DNA of 64,000 bases from Chryseobacterium sp. (GTDB taxonomy: Bacteria; Bacteroidota; Bacteroidia; Flavobacteriales; Weeksellaceae), in NCBI GenBank assembly GCA_003248755.1, contig QFQW01000006.1, positions 4,993-68,992 on the forward strand, written 5' to 3'. Within the stretch, counting starts at the first letter, position 1. Each line of letters starts with the position of its first letter. The position numbers were made by a program, and so were the translations under genes. Shown here piece after piece: positions 1 to 9,956 of the stretch. Below the pieces are notes generated by a model. The model saw only the letters and a list, made by a program, of their open reading frames with translations. It was not told the DNA's origin and did no database searches.

Positions 1-1
1 A

Positions 2-769
2 AAAATGAAATTCGATAAGGAAAAAATCACAATGCTGACGGCTTACGATTTTACAACTGCAAAAATGGTTGATGCCGGTGGTGTTGATTCAATTCTAATT
101 GGAGATTCTGCAGCAAACGTAATGGCTGGTCACGAAACCACTTTGCCGATTACACTTGACCAAATGATCTATCATACACAATGCGTTGTTCGTGGTGTGG
201 AAAGAGCTTTGGTTGTGGCTGATTTGCCATTCGGAACATATCAAAGTAATCCTGAAAAAGCTTTGGATTCTGCAGTAAGAATGATGAAAGAAGGTGGTGC
301 ACACGCCATCAAAATCGAAGGTGGTAAAGAAATTGAAGAATCTATCAGAAAAATCGTGAATGCAGGAATTCCTGTTTGCGGACATCTGGGTTTGACGCCT
401 CAAAGTATCTATCAATTCGGGACTTATAAAGTAAGAGCAAAAGAAGATGCAGAAGCTGAAAAATTGATTGCTGATTGTAAATTGTTGGAAGAATTAGGAT
501 GTTTTGCGGTTGTTTTAGAAAAGATTCCTGCTGCATTGGCGAAAAAAGCTTCGGAAAGTATTTCTATTCCTACAATCGGGATTGGAGCCGGCCCGGATTG
601 TGACGGACAGGTTTTGGTTTATCACGATATGGTTGGGATGAATCAAGGTTTTTCTCCGAAATTCCTCAGAAGATATCTTGACCTTTATTCTGAAATTACC
701 GGAGCAGTTTCTCAGTATGTGAAAGATGTGAAAAGTTCTGATTTCCCAAATGACAAGGAAAGTTATTAA
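2..769 (+). CDS. panB: 3-methyl-2-oxobutanoate hydroxymethyltransferase (ketopantoate hydroxymethyltransferase), probably 5'-truncated by the window edge
   Basis: Translation carries PanB blocks ([36 protein letters not shown]). The frame is open back to base 2, and homologues as I recall them have a slightly longer N-terminus. Confidence 0.85.
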   Translation, partial: KMKFDKEKITMLTAYDFTTAKMVDAGGVDSILIGDSAANVMAGHETTLPITLDQMIYHTQCVVRGVERALVVADLPFGTYQSNPEKALDSAVRMMKEGGAHAIKIEGGKEIEESIRKIVNAGIPVCGHLGLTPQSIYQFGTYKVRAKEDAEAEKLIADCKLLEELGCFAVVLEKIPAALAKKASESISIPTIGIGAGPDCDGQVLVYHDMVGMNQGFSPKFLRRYLDLYSEITGAVSQYVKDVKSSDFPNDKESY

Positions 770-790
770 AATTAATTCAAAATAAAATTT

Positions 791-843
791 ACCCTTTCAG
801 AAATCGTAGATTCGACGTATGTCAATTTTAATTCTGAAAGGGT
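791..843 (+). terminator. Long-loop hairpin downstream of panB (possible terminator)
   Basis: 12-nt perfect inverted repeat accctttcagaa (791-802) / ttctgaaagggt (832-843) with a 29-nt loop, followed by a T-rich stretch. Confidence 0.3.
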
Positions 844-862
844 TTAATTTAAAATATCGCCA

Positions 863-1714
863 ATGTTAAAGTTGCTTAAAGTTTCATTATTTCTATTCGG
901 AATCTTGTTTCTTTTTTCCTGTACCTCACAGAAAATGAAATATGGAACTAAGACTGAATTTCACGACAAAGCGGATTCCTTACAATCATTAACCAGAATC
1001 AAATATATCAAGAGTCTGGATTATTCTGATTTCAAAGCGGGGAAATTTGATAACGGAAAAGTAGCTGTGAATTATCGTTTTTTGAAACCAAAAACAGTTG
1101 AAGAGAATAAAAAATATCCATTGGTTTTAGTTTTTCACGGTTCCGGTGCAGTTGGAACTAATAATACTTCACAAATGGGCGTTTTGTCTAAGATGTGGCT
1201 TCTTCCTGAAAACAGAGAGAATTATCCTGTTTATGTTTTAGCTCCGCAATTTCCCGTTCGTTCGTCCAATTATCATCTCGATGAAACCAGAAATGTCAAA
1301 GTTTCTGAATCTAATGAACATTTAGATTTAGTTTTGAAGTCTATTGATTCTTTAATCACTAATGAAAATATTGACCGAGACAGAATCTACGTAATGGGAT
1401 TCTCAATGGGAGGTGCAACAACTTCTAATGCAATTTCCAAAAGACCTGACTTATTTGCAGCTGCAATTAATGTTTCCGGAATTTCTCAATTTGATAAAAT
1501 GAATGAACTTCTCACAATGCCGATTTGGATTGTTCACGGAAGTTTAGATACGGATAATTTTCCTCAAAGTAATTTCAAGTTTTTTGATGAAATGAAATCC
1601 AAAGGCAAAGTTTTTCTCTGGGAGTATAAAGATAAGTATCACAATAATATCCTCTCAGCAGAACTCGTGGACGAAATTCCGAAATGGCTGTTGAAGCAGC
1701 ATAAGGAAGTTTAA
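863..1714 (+). CDS. Alpha/beta-hydrolase fold esterase (carboxylesterase / dienelactone-hydrolase-like), lipoprotein signal
   Basis: N-terminal signal with lipobox-like LFLFSC. VLVFHGSG oxyanion-type block, GFSMGG nucleophile elbow (GxSxG) and HGSLD near the C-terminus. Confidence 0.7.
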   Translation: MLKLLKVSLFLFGILFLFSCTSQKMKYGTKTEFHDKADSLQSLTRIKYIKSLDYSDFKAGKFDNGKVAVNYRFLKPKTVEENKKYPLVLVFHGSGAVGTNNTSQMGVLSKMWLLPENRENYPVYVLAPQFPVRSSNYHLDETRNVKVSESNEHLDLVLKSIDSLITNENIDRDRIYVMGFSMGGATTSNAISKRPDLFAAAINVSGISQFDKMNELLTMPIWIVHGSLDTDNFPQSNFKFFDEMKSKGKVFLWEYKDKYHNNILSAELVDEIPKWLLKQHKEV

Positions 1715-1757
1715 ATTTTTTTATTAATTTTAATAAAACATTTAAAAACACAAAAAG

Positions 1758-2186
1758 ATGGATTATCGTGCAGAATTACAAATTTTACTTGATGACGAGA
1801 ATATGAAATTCGAAACTTGGCTTTCTCGTTATCCAATCCAAGAATGTCCCAATTTGATTCTCGAATATAAAAAAGTTATGCAGAAATATGCCATTGAAAT
1901 TGGAGATTTCAAAAGCTTAGAGGAGTTACAAGAATTAGATGAATTGGCAGATAAAATCGAAAATTTCACTATTGATACATATGCTGCGAAACAGGAAAAA
2001 TTCAATGAAATAGAAGCTTTGAAAAGGAAAATAGAAGCCATGAAAGAATTGTTTTTAAAAAGTGATTCTAAAGAAATATCTCTTTCCGATGAAGTGCTGA
2101 CTGACTTACGAGAAATTGTGAAGTATTTAAAAAGCCATGGTTTATATGATGAAGAAATGTGGAAACCATTAAAACATCTGCTTTAA
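1758..2186 (+). CDS. Hypothetical protein (acidic, helical)
   Basis: Clean 142-aa ORF in the gap between flanking genes on the same strand. No motif recognised. Confidence 0.45.
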   Translation: MDYRAELQILLDDENMKFETWLSRYPIQECPNLILEYKKVMQKYAIEIGDFKSLEELQELDELADKIENFTIDTYAAKQEKFNEIEALKRKIEAMKELFLKSDSKEISLSDEVLTDLREIVKYLKSHGLYDEEMWKPLKHLL

Positions 2187-2201
2187 TATTACTAATTAAA
2201 A

Positions 2202-2894
2202 ATGAAGCAAAGTTTTTCCGAATCCCAAATTGTTTACGAAGATAATCATATGCTTGTCATCAATAAGAAGGCCGGACAGCTTGTTCAGGGCGATAAAACG
2301 GGTGACCTGTCTCTGCTGGAACTAATTAAGGATTTCATCAAAAAAAGAGATAATAAACCAGGCAATGTTTTCCTCGGTTTGGTTCACAGAATCGATAGGC
2401 CAACTTCCGGATTGGTGATTTACGCCAAAACTTCTAAAGCGCTTTCCAGGTTAACTCAAATGGTAAAAAACCGTGAAATCAAAAAAACGTATTGGGCGAT
2501 TGTCGGCAAAGAGATGATTCCAAATTCGCAGAGATTGATTCATTACCTCAAAAAGAATGAGAAAAATAATAAGGCAATTGTCTATCCCAAAGCAACTGAA
2601 GGTGCAAAAGAATCGATACTTACCTACAATTTAATCAAAACCTTAGACAATTATCTTCTATTGGAAGTCGATTTGGAAACAGGAAGACATCATCAGATTC
2701 GTGCTCAGCTTTCAAAAATTGGAATTCCAATCAAAGGTGATCTGAAATATGGTGCGCCACGTTCCAACTCCGATGGAGGAATTTCTCTTCACGCCAGGAA
2801 ATTGGAATTTGTACATCCGGTGACAAAAGAAAATGTTATTATAATCGCTCCTGTTCCGCAGAACGATGCAGTCTGGAAAGCTTGTGAAGAATAA
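2202..2894 (+). CDS. RluA-family 23S/tRNA pseudouridine synthase
   Basis: HRIDRPTSGLV catalytic-Asp motif and GRHHQIRAQL motif typical of the RluA family. Confidence 0.85.
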   Translation: MKQSFSESQIVYEDNHMLVINKKAGQLVQGDKTGDLSLLELIKDFIKKRDNKPGNVFLGLVHRIDRPTSGLVIYAKTSKALSRLTQMVKNREIKKTYWAIVGKEMIPNSQRLIHYLKKNEKNNKAIVYPKATEGAKESILTYNLIKTLDNYLLLEVDLETGRHHQIRAQLSKIGIPIKGDLKYGAPRSNSDGGISLHARKLEFVHPVTKENVIIIAPVPQNDAVWKACEE

Positions 2895-2900
2895 ATTAAT

Positions 2901-2932
2901 AAAAAAACCGAAAGGAATCTTTCGGTTTTTTT
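2901..2932. terminator. Bidirectional intrinsic terminator between convergent genes
   Basis: aaaaaaaccgaaag-gaat-ctttcggttttttt: 9-bp GC-containing stem flanked by an A-run and a T-run. Confidence 0.7.
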
Positions 2933-2937
2933 AGTTT

Positions 2938-5085
2938 TTATAAAGTGGACGTTTCTTCTTTTTTCTCCTGATTAAGCAGGTTTGGAGATTCTTTCGCCAA
3001 CTTATTTTTCGTCGGGATTTTATAATTGAAAGAAAGTCCAAAGTTTCTCGTGTCATTTTTATTTCTGATGTACACGTTTGGAAGTGCGTTAGTTGTTCTC
3101 AGATTTGTTTCGTTGGTATTGAAAACATCATTTGCAAACAACGTTAACGTCATTCTGTCTTTATTGAATTTCCTTGACAGTGATAAATTCAATGTGTTAT
3201 AGAATGATTTGTTTGGATAATAAAAGAACTCATTTCCTTTGGTAAGATACGTATAATTGGCATTGAACTTAACTTTGTATGGCAAAATAAACTGTCCGGA
3301 AACATTATATGTCCAGTAACCTTTCGGATTGATAATCTGGTCCATTTGCTGTAACTGGTAAGAACCATAGAGGAAAATAAAACTCACCTGGTCAGGATTC
3401 ATATCCATTTTCATAATGTCTTTGAACGGTGTATTGAAAATGGCCAAAGGAATTGGGAATCCGATATTGAAATTATGCGTTTTCAAACGGTCAAGATTGT
3501 CGCTTGTTTGAATAATCACATCGCCTTTTCTCTCCACGATTTGAACCACTTGATTTTTGGCATTTGTGAAATTATAACCAATGAATGCATAGTTCAAAGC
3601 GCTTAATTTTACTTCAAAATTGTCGAAAATCGTAGGTTGAAGATTTGGGTTTCCTGAGAAATCGATGTTTTCATTTCCGTATCTTGTGTTGTTTGGATTC
3701 AGATTGGCAACATTCGGTAATGTGATTTTCTTGTTATAATTAATATTAAAGAAAGCCATTTTTGGAATAATGTTGTACTGAATACTCGCATTGGGGAACA
3801 CTTTGAATTTTTCAAACGGTCTCAGGTTGTCATAATTTCCACTATCAAAATTGAGACTCGTCCCATTGATGTTGTAATACTCTCCTCGAAGTCCCAAAAC
3901 AAAATCCATTTTGCCTTTGGTTGCACTCGCTTCGGAATAGAAAGCCGTCGTTTTACTCTTGTAATCCAAGTTTTCTACGCCAAAATTATCAGCTGAAAAT
4001 TCCAATTGGTCGTAGAAAGCGCCTAAGCTCAGTTTTCCTTCATCTAAAACCTTGATTGGCTGAGCATAATCTACTCTGAAATTGTAAACATTTTGGTTGG
4101 AACCATTGTTTAAAACCTTATCACTCGTAGAAGGTGTTGGCAAGATATTCCTTCCGGTTTGACCAAAATCATTGCCGAAATTGGTATAAGAACCTTTGAA
4201 CTCCAGTTTTTTGTTCTTATCGTCAAACTTTTTCTGATACGTTGCTGTCACCTCATTTCTTGTATTGCTTTGGTCAATGATATCTCGGCCGGTAGATTCT
4301 GTTCCGTTGAATAGAGAATACTTGTCCACGTAACGGTCAGAAGAACCTAGCGAAAGATTATAATTCAAAAGCAGTCGGTCTTGTCCGATATCAAATGTGA
4401 AAGCACTTCGCAAATATTGATTTCTGTTGACGTTATCATTGTAAAGTCGTGAGATTTCGTCAATCGTGGATTTTGTTTCGCTTTCATTATAATTTTGTCC
4501 GACATTCAGCTGCCATCCAAACCATTTATTTTTTGAGTTGAGCGTTAAACTATTATTGAATTTACTTCTGTAATGGTTATAATTACTGAAACGATAACCA
4601 CCAGCATAAGTTGCAGACAAATAGGACTTGGCAGTTCTGCTGGTAATAATGTTGATAATGGCACCACCGGAAGTGGCCGGAAATTCTGCCCCAGGCTGTG
4701 TAATAATTTCAATTCTCTCGATGCTGTTTGCCGGAAGTCCTTCCAGATAAGCTGTTAGTTGCGTACTGTAGATATTCAGCGGTCGTCCGTCCATATAAAC
4801 ATCCAGCGATTTTCCCTGGTAAATCATTCCCGCCATCTCGGAAACTACCAACCCAGGGATTTTTTGTAAACCTTCTAATGTATTTCCGGAGTTAAGATGT
4901 GGCTGTTCAGAAAAATCGTAGATAGTTCTGTCTGCTTTTTGTTCAACAGCTTTTTTAGTTTTGGTAATCGTTACCGCTTCAATCTGTTTTTCCTTGTTGT
5001 CTGTTTCCTTTTTTTCAGCCTCCTGGGCAAAGTAGATTTGACTTAGAAATAGAGCCGAGATTGGAAGAATAGATTTTACTTTCAT
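2938..5085 (-). CDS. TonB-dependent-receptor-like outer-membrane protein (plug + beta-barrel), paralog 1
   Basis: Signal peptide. Plug-like block (IERIEIITQPGAEFPATSGGAIINIIT), long Asn/Tyr/Gly-rich barrel, aromatic-rich C-terminal strands and a basic C-terminal tail as in the neighbouring paralogs. Confidence 0.7.
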   Translation of the reverse strand: MKVKSILPISALFLSQIYFAQEAEKKETDNKEKQIEAVTITKTKKAVEQKADRTIYDFSEQPHLNSGNTLEGLQKIPGLVVSEMAGMIYQGKSLDVYMDGRPLNIYSTQLTAYLEGLPANSIERIEIITQPGAEFPATSGGAIINIITSRTAKSYLSATYAGGYRFSNYNHYRSKFNNSLTLNSKNKWFGWQLNVGQNYNESETKSTIDEISRLYNDNVNRNQYLRSAFTFDIGQDRLLLNYNLSLGSSDRYVDKYSLFNGTESTGRDIIDQSNTRNEVTATYQKKFDDKNKKLEFKGSYTNFGNDFGQTGRNILPTPSTSDKVLNNGSNQNVYNFRVDYAQPIKVLDEGKLSLGAFYDQLEFSADNFGVENLDYKSKTTAFYSEASATKGKMDFVLGLRGEYYNINGTSLNFDSGNYDNLRPFEKFKVFPNASIQYNIIPKMAFFNINYNKKITLPNVANLNPNNTRYGNENIDFSGNPNLQPTIFDNFEVKLSALNYAFIGYNFTNAKNQVVQIVERKGDVIIQTSDNLDRLKTHNFNIGFPIPLAIFNTPFKDIMKMDMNPDQVSFIFLYGSYQLQQMDQIINPKGYWTYNVSGQFILPYKVKFNANYTYLTKGNEFFYYPNKSFYNTLNLSLSRKFNKDRMTLTLFANDVFNTNETNLRTTNALPNVYIRNKNDTRNFGLSFNYKIPTKNKLAKESPNLLNQEKKEETSTL

Positions 5086-5140
5086 AGTTTAGTTTGTAAT
5101 GGATTAGACTTCCAAAAACTTAATTTGTTACATTAATAAA

Positions 5141-7264
5141 CTATTGAGCTCTGTTTTTTTCCTCAAAATTGACATTTCTGTTGTTGGCTTTCACCTTTTG
5201 ATTTCCAAAATTGTAAGTCACACTGAAAGTCAATCTTCTTGCATCCCAATAATTATCAAAAGATTGTGTATTATCTTTAAAATAAACACTTCCTCTATAA
5301 CCAGATGTTTTGAAGATATCGTTTACGGAAAGATTCATCTGCAAGGCTTTTTCCATTAGACTCATTTTGATACCAGCATTTACACTATATCTGTTTTTGG
5401 TAGAATTGTTTCCTCCTTTGGAAGGTAAAGATTGCCAGTAATTAGCAAAGAAAAAAAATGTTTTTGCCTTATTCAGTTGAAAAGTATTGTTAGCCGAATA
5501 ATAGAATGATTGTCCGTTTCTCGCAATAGCATCGTACTTTGTTATCTGTGTATCACTGTAGCTGAGTGAAGTCGATAAATTGGTTTCCCAAATCTTGACA
5601 AACGTATCAGTATAATTAAGATTAAGACCATAAGTATCCTGATTGTAATAATTATGAAAAGTGCTTACAATACTAACGCCGTCAATGAATGTAATCTGGT
5701 CAAAATTGGCAAGACTTCTTTCATAATATAAACTTGCATTAAACTTACTTTTGAAAATATAATTGAATTCAAAATTATGATTGAATGAAGGCTGAAGACT
5801 TGGATTTCCAGCATAATAACTATTCGGGTTGGAATACCAACGGAACGGGTCCAAAGCTCGGAAGTAGGGTCTGTTTATCCTTCTCGAGTAATTGATGCTG
5901 AATTGATTATTATCATTCGCTTTGTAAGAAATATATGCTGTTGGAAATAACTTCCCATAATTATTTTCTGAACTGGATTGAGTTGTTGGAGAGAAGCCTT
6001 TTGTTTCTGCATATTCATAACGCAAACCAAATTTTGCCGACCATTTTTCTCCGAAATCTTTGCTTGCGCTGATATAGGCTGCATAGTTTTTCTCATCATA
6101 ATTGAAAAGATTACTTCTTTGTGGATCGATGACGTAATTGCTATTAGTAAAATTAAAATAACCTATGTCAGAATTATTGGAAAACTGGCTGTATTTCAAT
6201 CCGGTTTCCAATTGTATCTTTTTGAAATTAAGTGTTAAATCTCCCTGCCCGGAATAGATTTTATAATCAACAGATGAGAGATTTTTCACGATTTGTTCAG
6301 ATTGGTCAGCTAAATCAGTCGTTACAAAATTAACATTAGTCTCCGGAAGATTTCCATAATAATTGGCTCCAAAACTTAACTTATGCTCACCGAATTTTTG
6401 GTCATAATAGAGATTCAGCATTTGAGAAGTTGAGGTTGAGCGGTGTTTGGAATCTGTGTCAATATTTAATGTATTGATGTCATTCGTAAAATAGTGCGAA
6501 ACCGAATTGATATCCATATTAGAATGGCCTTTCGCAAAATCATAGATGAATCCGATATTTGCTTTTTCACTTAATGAGTAATCCAAGCTTGCGTTCACTC
6601 CCAATCCATCGTTCATATCACGTCTTTCATCTCTGCTGATGCTGGAATTTTCTCCAATGATTTTATAATTTTCGACTGACCTTTTCTCACTATCATAACC
6701 TCGAAATTTAACCGAGGATTTTAGTTTCTCATTTTGATAATTGAGACCAAGCGCGCCGCCAAAACCTCCATAAGTGGATTGTTGATAATAGGTATTAGTG
6801 TAACCGCTCCAGCCAAGATTCTGATTTTTTTTCAGAATGATATTGATGATTCCACTGTTTCCCTGAGCTTCATACTTTGCAGGCGGAGTTGTGATAACCT
6901 CGATTTTTGAGATGTTTTCTGAACGAAGATTTTTCAGATAGTTCATCAGTTCCAATCCCGAGAGATTCAGCATTCTGTCGTTGACCATTACGGAAACGCC
7001 ACTTTTACCTGCAATATTAATTAATCCTTGTTCTTCATCAACTTTCAGCAAAGGTGTATTGGCAAGAACCTCTGTTCCAGAACTTCCTTCCGAAACCATC
7101 GAATTCTGAACATTATAAACCAAACGGTCCACTTTTCTTTCGATGATTTTTTTCTTTCCATCCACCGTTACGGTTTCTATGTTTTGAACTTTTACAGTAT
7201 CCTGTGTTTGGGCAAAAGATAATGTACTAAATAATGCTGAGGCAAAAAGTATTGATTTCTTCAT
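5141..7264 (-). CDS. TonB-dependent-receptor-like outer-membrane beta-barrel protein, paralog 2
   Basis: Signal peptide ending SFAQ. Plug block NISKIEVITTPPAKYEAQGNSGIINIILKKN, barrel repeats and a basic C-terminal tail FGNQKVKANNRNVNFEEKNRAQ. Confidence 0.7.
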   Translation of the reverse strand: MKKSILFASALFSTLSFAQTQDTVKVQNIETVTVDGKKKIIERKVDRLVYNVQNSMVSEGSSGTEVLANTPLLKVDEEQGLINIAGKSGVSVMVNDRMLNLSGLELMNYLKNLRSENISKIEVITTPPAKYEAQGNSGIINIILKKNQNLGWSGYTNTYYQQSTYGGFGGALGLNYQNEKLKSSVKFRGYDSEKRSVENYKIIGENSSISRDERRDMNDGLGVNASLDYSLSEKANIGFIYDFAKGHSNMDINSVSHYFTNDINTLNIDTDSKHRSTSTSQMLNLYYDQKFGEHKLSFGANYYGNLPETNVNFVTTDLADQSEQIVKNLSSVDYKIYSGQGDLTLNFKKIQLETGLKYSQFSNNSDIGYFNFTNSNYVIDPQRSNLFNYDEKNYAAYISASKDFGEKWSAKFGLRYEYAETKGFSPTTQSSSENNYGKLFPTAYISYKANDNNQFSINYSRRINRPYFRALDPFRWYSNPNSYYAGNPSLQPSFNHNFEFNYIFKSKFNASLYYERSLANFDQITFIDGVSIVSTFHNYYNQDTYGLNLNYTDTFVKIWETNLSTSLSYSDTQITKYDAIARNGQSFYYSANNTFQLNKAKTFFFFANYWQSLPSKGGNNSTKNRYSVNAGIKMSLMEKALQMNLSVNDIFKTSGYRGSVYFKDNTQSFDNYWDARRLTFSVTYNFGNQKVKANNRNVNFEEKNRAQ

Positions 7265-7328
7265 ACTATTATTGACAATTGATTCGCAGAATTTGTTACA
7301 TTATGTTAATTAGACTTATCAAATGAAG

Positions 7329-9431
7329 TTAGTTCGCTCTGTCTTTTTCTTCGAAATTAATCTGCTTTTTGTTGATTTGTTTTTTCTTATTTCCGAAAGT
7401 ATAATTCACGCTCAAACGAAAACTTCTTCCATCCCAATAATTATTGAAATGCTGACTGTTATCTCTGAAATACATATCTCCACGGAATCTCTGAGCAAAA
7501 ATATTCGTCACCGTTGCATTGATTTGAAGTTGCTTTTCCATTAGAGAAACCTTGATTCCGGAATTCAGATTGGAAAAATTATGGAAATAAGAATTCACAT
7601 TTTTATAAGGTAAACTTTGGTCATAGTTTAGGAATAGAGAAACCGTTTTTGATTTATTTAAAATAAATGTATTGTTGATAGAATAGCTTACCGAAGTTCC
7701 TTTGGATGTTTCCGCACTGATATTGAAAACTTCTGAGTTTTGATAAGATGCGTTTGCAGAAATAGTCGCTTCCCAGAATTTGAAAAAAGTATCTGTGTAA
7801 GAAACATTAGCTCCATAAAAATTATTGTTATAGTAGTTCTGATAATCTCCATTTTGAGAAATACCATCCAAGTAACCGATTTGCCCAAAAGCATTAGTCA
7901 ATCTAAGATAATAAACGCTTGTCGAAAGCTTGTTGTTATATGTATAACCCAATTCATAATTATTAATGTAAGAAGGCGTCAACAAAGGGTTTCCTGATGA
8001 ATAAGAATATGGATTTTCATACCAGCAGAACGGATTCAAATTGCTCATACTTGGTCTGTTGATTCTTCTGGAATAGGACAAGCTGAAAACATTTTTATCC
8101 TCTTTATAAGAAACGTAAACCGAAGGAAACCATTGCGCATAAGAGAAATTATTCACAGAGCTTTTTACAACTGTATTTTCATATCGGATTCCAGCTTTTG
8201 TTTCCCAATGTTCTCCGAAATTTTTAGCAAAACTTCCGTAAACAGCATAATTCTCCTCGCGATAATTGAAAGTACTGCTTTTTTCATTATCAATAATGAA
8301 TTGATTGTTTTCTAAATCAAAGTATTTCAAATCTGCAGAGTTTCTGAATTGATTGAATTTAACACCGGTTTCAATCGTTCCAAATTTAAATGGCAATTCT
8401 AAGTCGCCCTGAACAGAGAAAATCTGAGGTGTAATTTTTGACAACGTTTTCACATCCTGAATTGTATTTTCAGGAAGAGTCAAAGTCGAGAAATTAACTT
8501 CGGTTTCGTTATTATTTTTGTAAAAATTACCGGCGAAACTCAATTTCTTTCCAAGTGAATCCAACTTCAAATCATAATAAGTACTGAAAGTATGAGTCGG
8601 TGATTTTTCCCTGTGAAAAGTATTGGTCAAAAGATTTTTTTCTGTCAAATCAGGACTGATGTTTCTCGTTGTGTTAAAGATATCCATTCCTGATTTTTCG
8701 TGTCCGAAAATATATTCCATTCCAACTTCTGAGTTTTTATTGATTTTGTAAGAAGCGTTCAAACTCGGTGTCAAATCCTGCCACATATCTTTTCGTGTAG
8801 ACTCACTATAATTCTGTGATTCTCCAAGTATAGTATATCTTTCATTAGAGCGTTTTGCACCATCAATGTAGCTGGTTTTTAAACTTAAACTAAGCTTTTC
8901 GGTTTGGTAATTAAGTGTTCCGTTGGTTGTTCCATTGAAGTAAGTTCTCTGTGTAATGCCAGTGCTGATATTGCCACTAAAACCAAGATTCGGATTTTTT
9001 TTCAGAATAATATTGATGAGCCCGCTGTTTCCTTGCGCTTCATATTTCGAAGGCGGTGTGGTAATCACTTCGATTTTTGAGATGTTTTCTGAACGAATCG
9101 ATTTCAGATAATTCAAAAGAGCAGCTCCTGAGAGATTCAGCATTTTTCCGTTAATCATCACATTTACGCTACTTTTTCCTGTGATAGAAATCGTTCCGAG
9201 ATTCTCATCCACTTTCAACATTGGAACATTGGCAAGAGTTTCGCCGGCATCCATTCCCTGAGATGCGATAGACGCATCTACATTGAAGACCAATCTGTCA
9301 GCTTTTCTCTCCAATAATTTTTTCTTCACAAGAATATTAACCTGTTCGATTTCTTTAAGGCTGTCTTTCTGAGTCTGAGCAAAAGTTGCAGTTGAAAGTA
9401 AGCTGGCGATAAATAGATATTTTAGTTTCAT
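7329..9431 (-). CDS. TonB-dependent-receptor-like outer-membrane beta-barrel protein, paralog 3 (tandem copy of paralog 2)
   Basis: Collinear with 5141-7264 (NISKIEVITTPPSKYEAQGNSGLINIILKKN; same C-terminal FGNKKKQINKKQINFEEKDRAN-type tail). Start moved to the internal ATG at 9431 (MKLKYLFIASLL...), which gives a normal signal peptide. Confidence 0.7.
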   Translation of the reverse strand: MKLKYLFIASLLSTATFAQTQKDSLKEIEQVNILVKKKLLERKADRLVFNVDASIASQGMDAGETLANVPMLKVDENLGTISITGKSSVNVMINGKMLNLSGAALLNYLKSIRSENISKIEVITTPPSKYEAQGNSGLINIILKKNPNLGFSGNISTGITQRTYFNGTTNGTLNYQTEKLSLSLKTSYIDGAKRSNERYTILGESQNYSESTRKDMWQDLTPSLNASYKINKNSEVGMEYIFGHEKSGMDIFNTTRNISPDLTEKNLLTNTFHREKSPTHTFSTYYDLKLDSLGKKLSFAGNFYKNNNETEVNFSTLTLPENTIQDVKTLSKITPQIFSVQGDLELPFKFGTIETGVKFNQFRNSADLKYFDLENNQFIIDNEKSSTFNYREENYAVYGSFAKNFGEHWETKAGIRYENTVVKSSVNNFSYAQWFPSVYVSYKEDKNVFSLSYSRRINRPSMSNLNPFCWYENPYSYSSGNPLLTPSYINNYELGYTYNNKLSTSVYYLRLTNAFGQIGYLDGISQNGDYQNYYNNNFYGANVSYTDTFFKFWEATISANASYQNSEVFNISAETSKGTSVSYSINNTFILNKSKTVSLFLNYDQSLPYKNVNSYFHNFSNLNSGIKVSLMEKQLQINATVTNIFAQRFRGDMYFRDNSQHFNNYWDGRSFRLSVNYTFGNKKKQINKKQINFEEKDRAN

Positions 9432-9608
9432 AAGTTTTATTTTAATCGTTGTAAAATCTTGATGCAAATGTATTTTCAGGACTTCCCTAATGAAATAGCG
9501 TTTAGATTTGATAAGGTTTTAATTCGACCAAACTATTTTCATCGATGAAAAAAGGGTGTTCATAGAATTTGGCGGTTCAGATGTTTTCACTGTCCGTATT
9601 TTTGGAAT

Positions 9609-9956
9609 ATGAAAAAAGTAACTCTCATATTGATTTTGGCTTCAATGATGTCTTGTATCGGAACGCATCGGGTAGATGTTTGGAAAACAATGATAATTGC
9701 TCCTGGAGACAGTATTGTCGTGCAAAAAGTAAAAGCACCTGCAACTTTAGAAATTAAAAATTTTTCTGATAAAAAATTAACATTGGTTTCACAGTTAAAT
9801 ATGCCAAAAACCATTATCGCAAACTCTCAATTAAATTACAGATTACCGAAAAAAAGCAGATTGATATTGGAAAACCAAAATCCTGACCCGGTTTCTATAC
9901 ATTTGCATTATTCTTCGTCAAGGCCTATTCTAATTAATAACAAAGAACTACGATGA
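9609..9956 (+). CDS. Small putative lipoprotein, translationally coupled to the kinase gene
   Basis: MKKVTLILILASMMSC lipobox-like signal. Its stop overlaps the next start (ATGA at 9953). Confidence 0.5.
   Translation: MKKVTLILILASMMSCIGTHRVDVWKTMIIAPGDSIVVQKVKAPATLEIKNFSDKKLTLVSQLNMPKTIIANSQLNYRLPKKSRLILENQNPDPVSIHLHYSSSRPILINNKELR

Noticed and set aside
9432-9467. A 12-codon N-terminal extension of OM receptor paralog 3 (MHQDFTTIKIKL).
   Set aside because: The internal ATG at 9431 gives a canonical signal peptide (MKLKYLFIASLLSTATFAQ) that aligns with the start of paralog 2.
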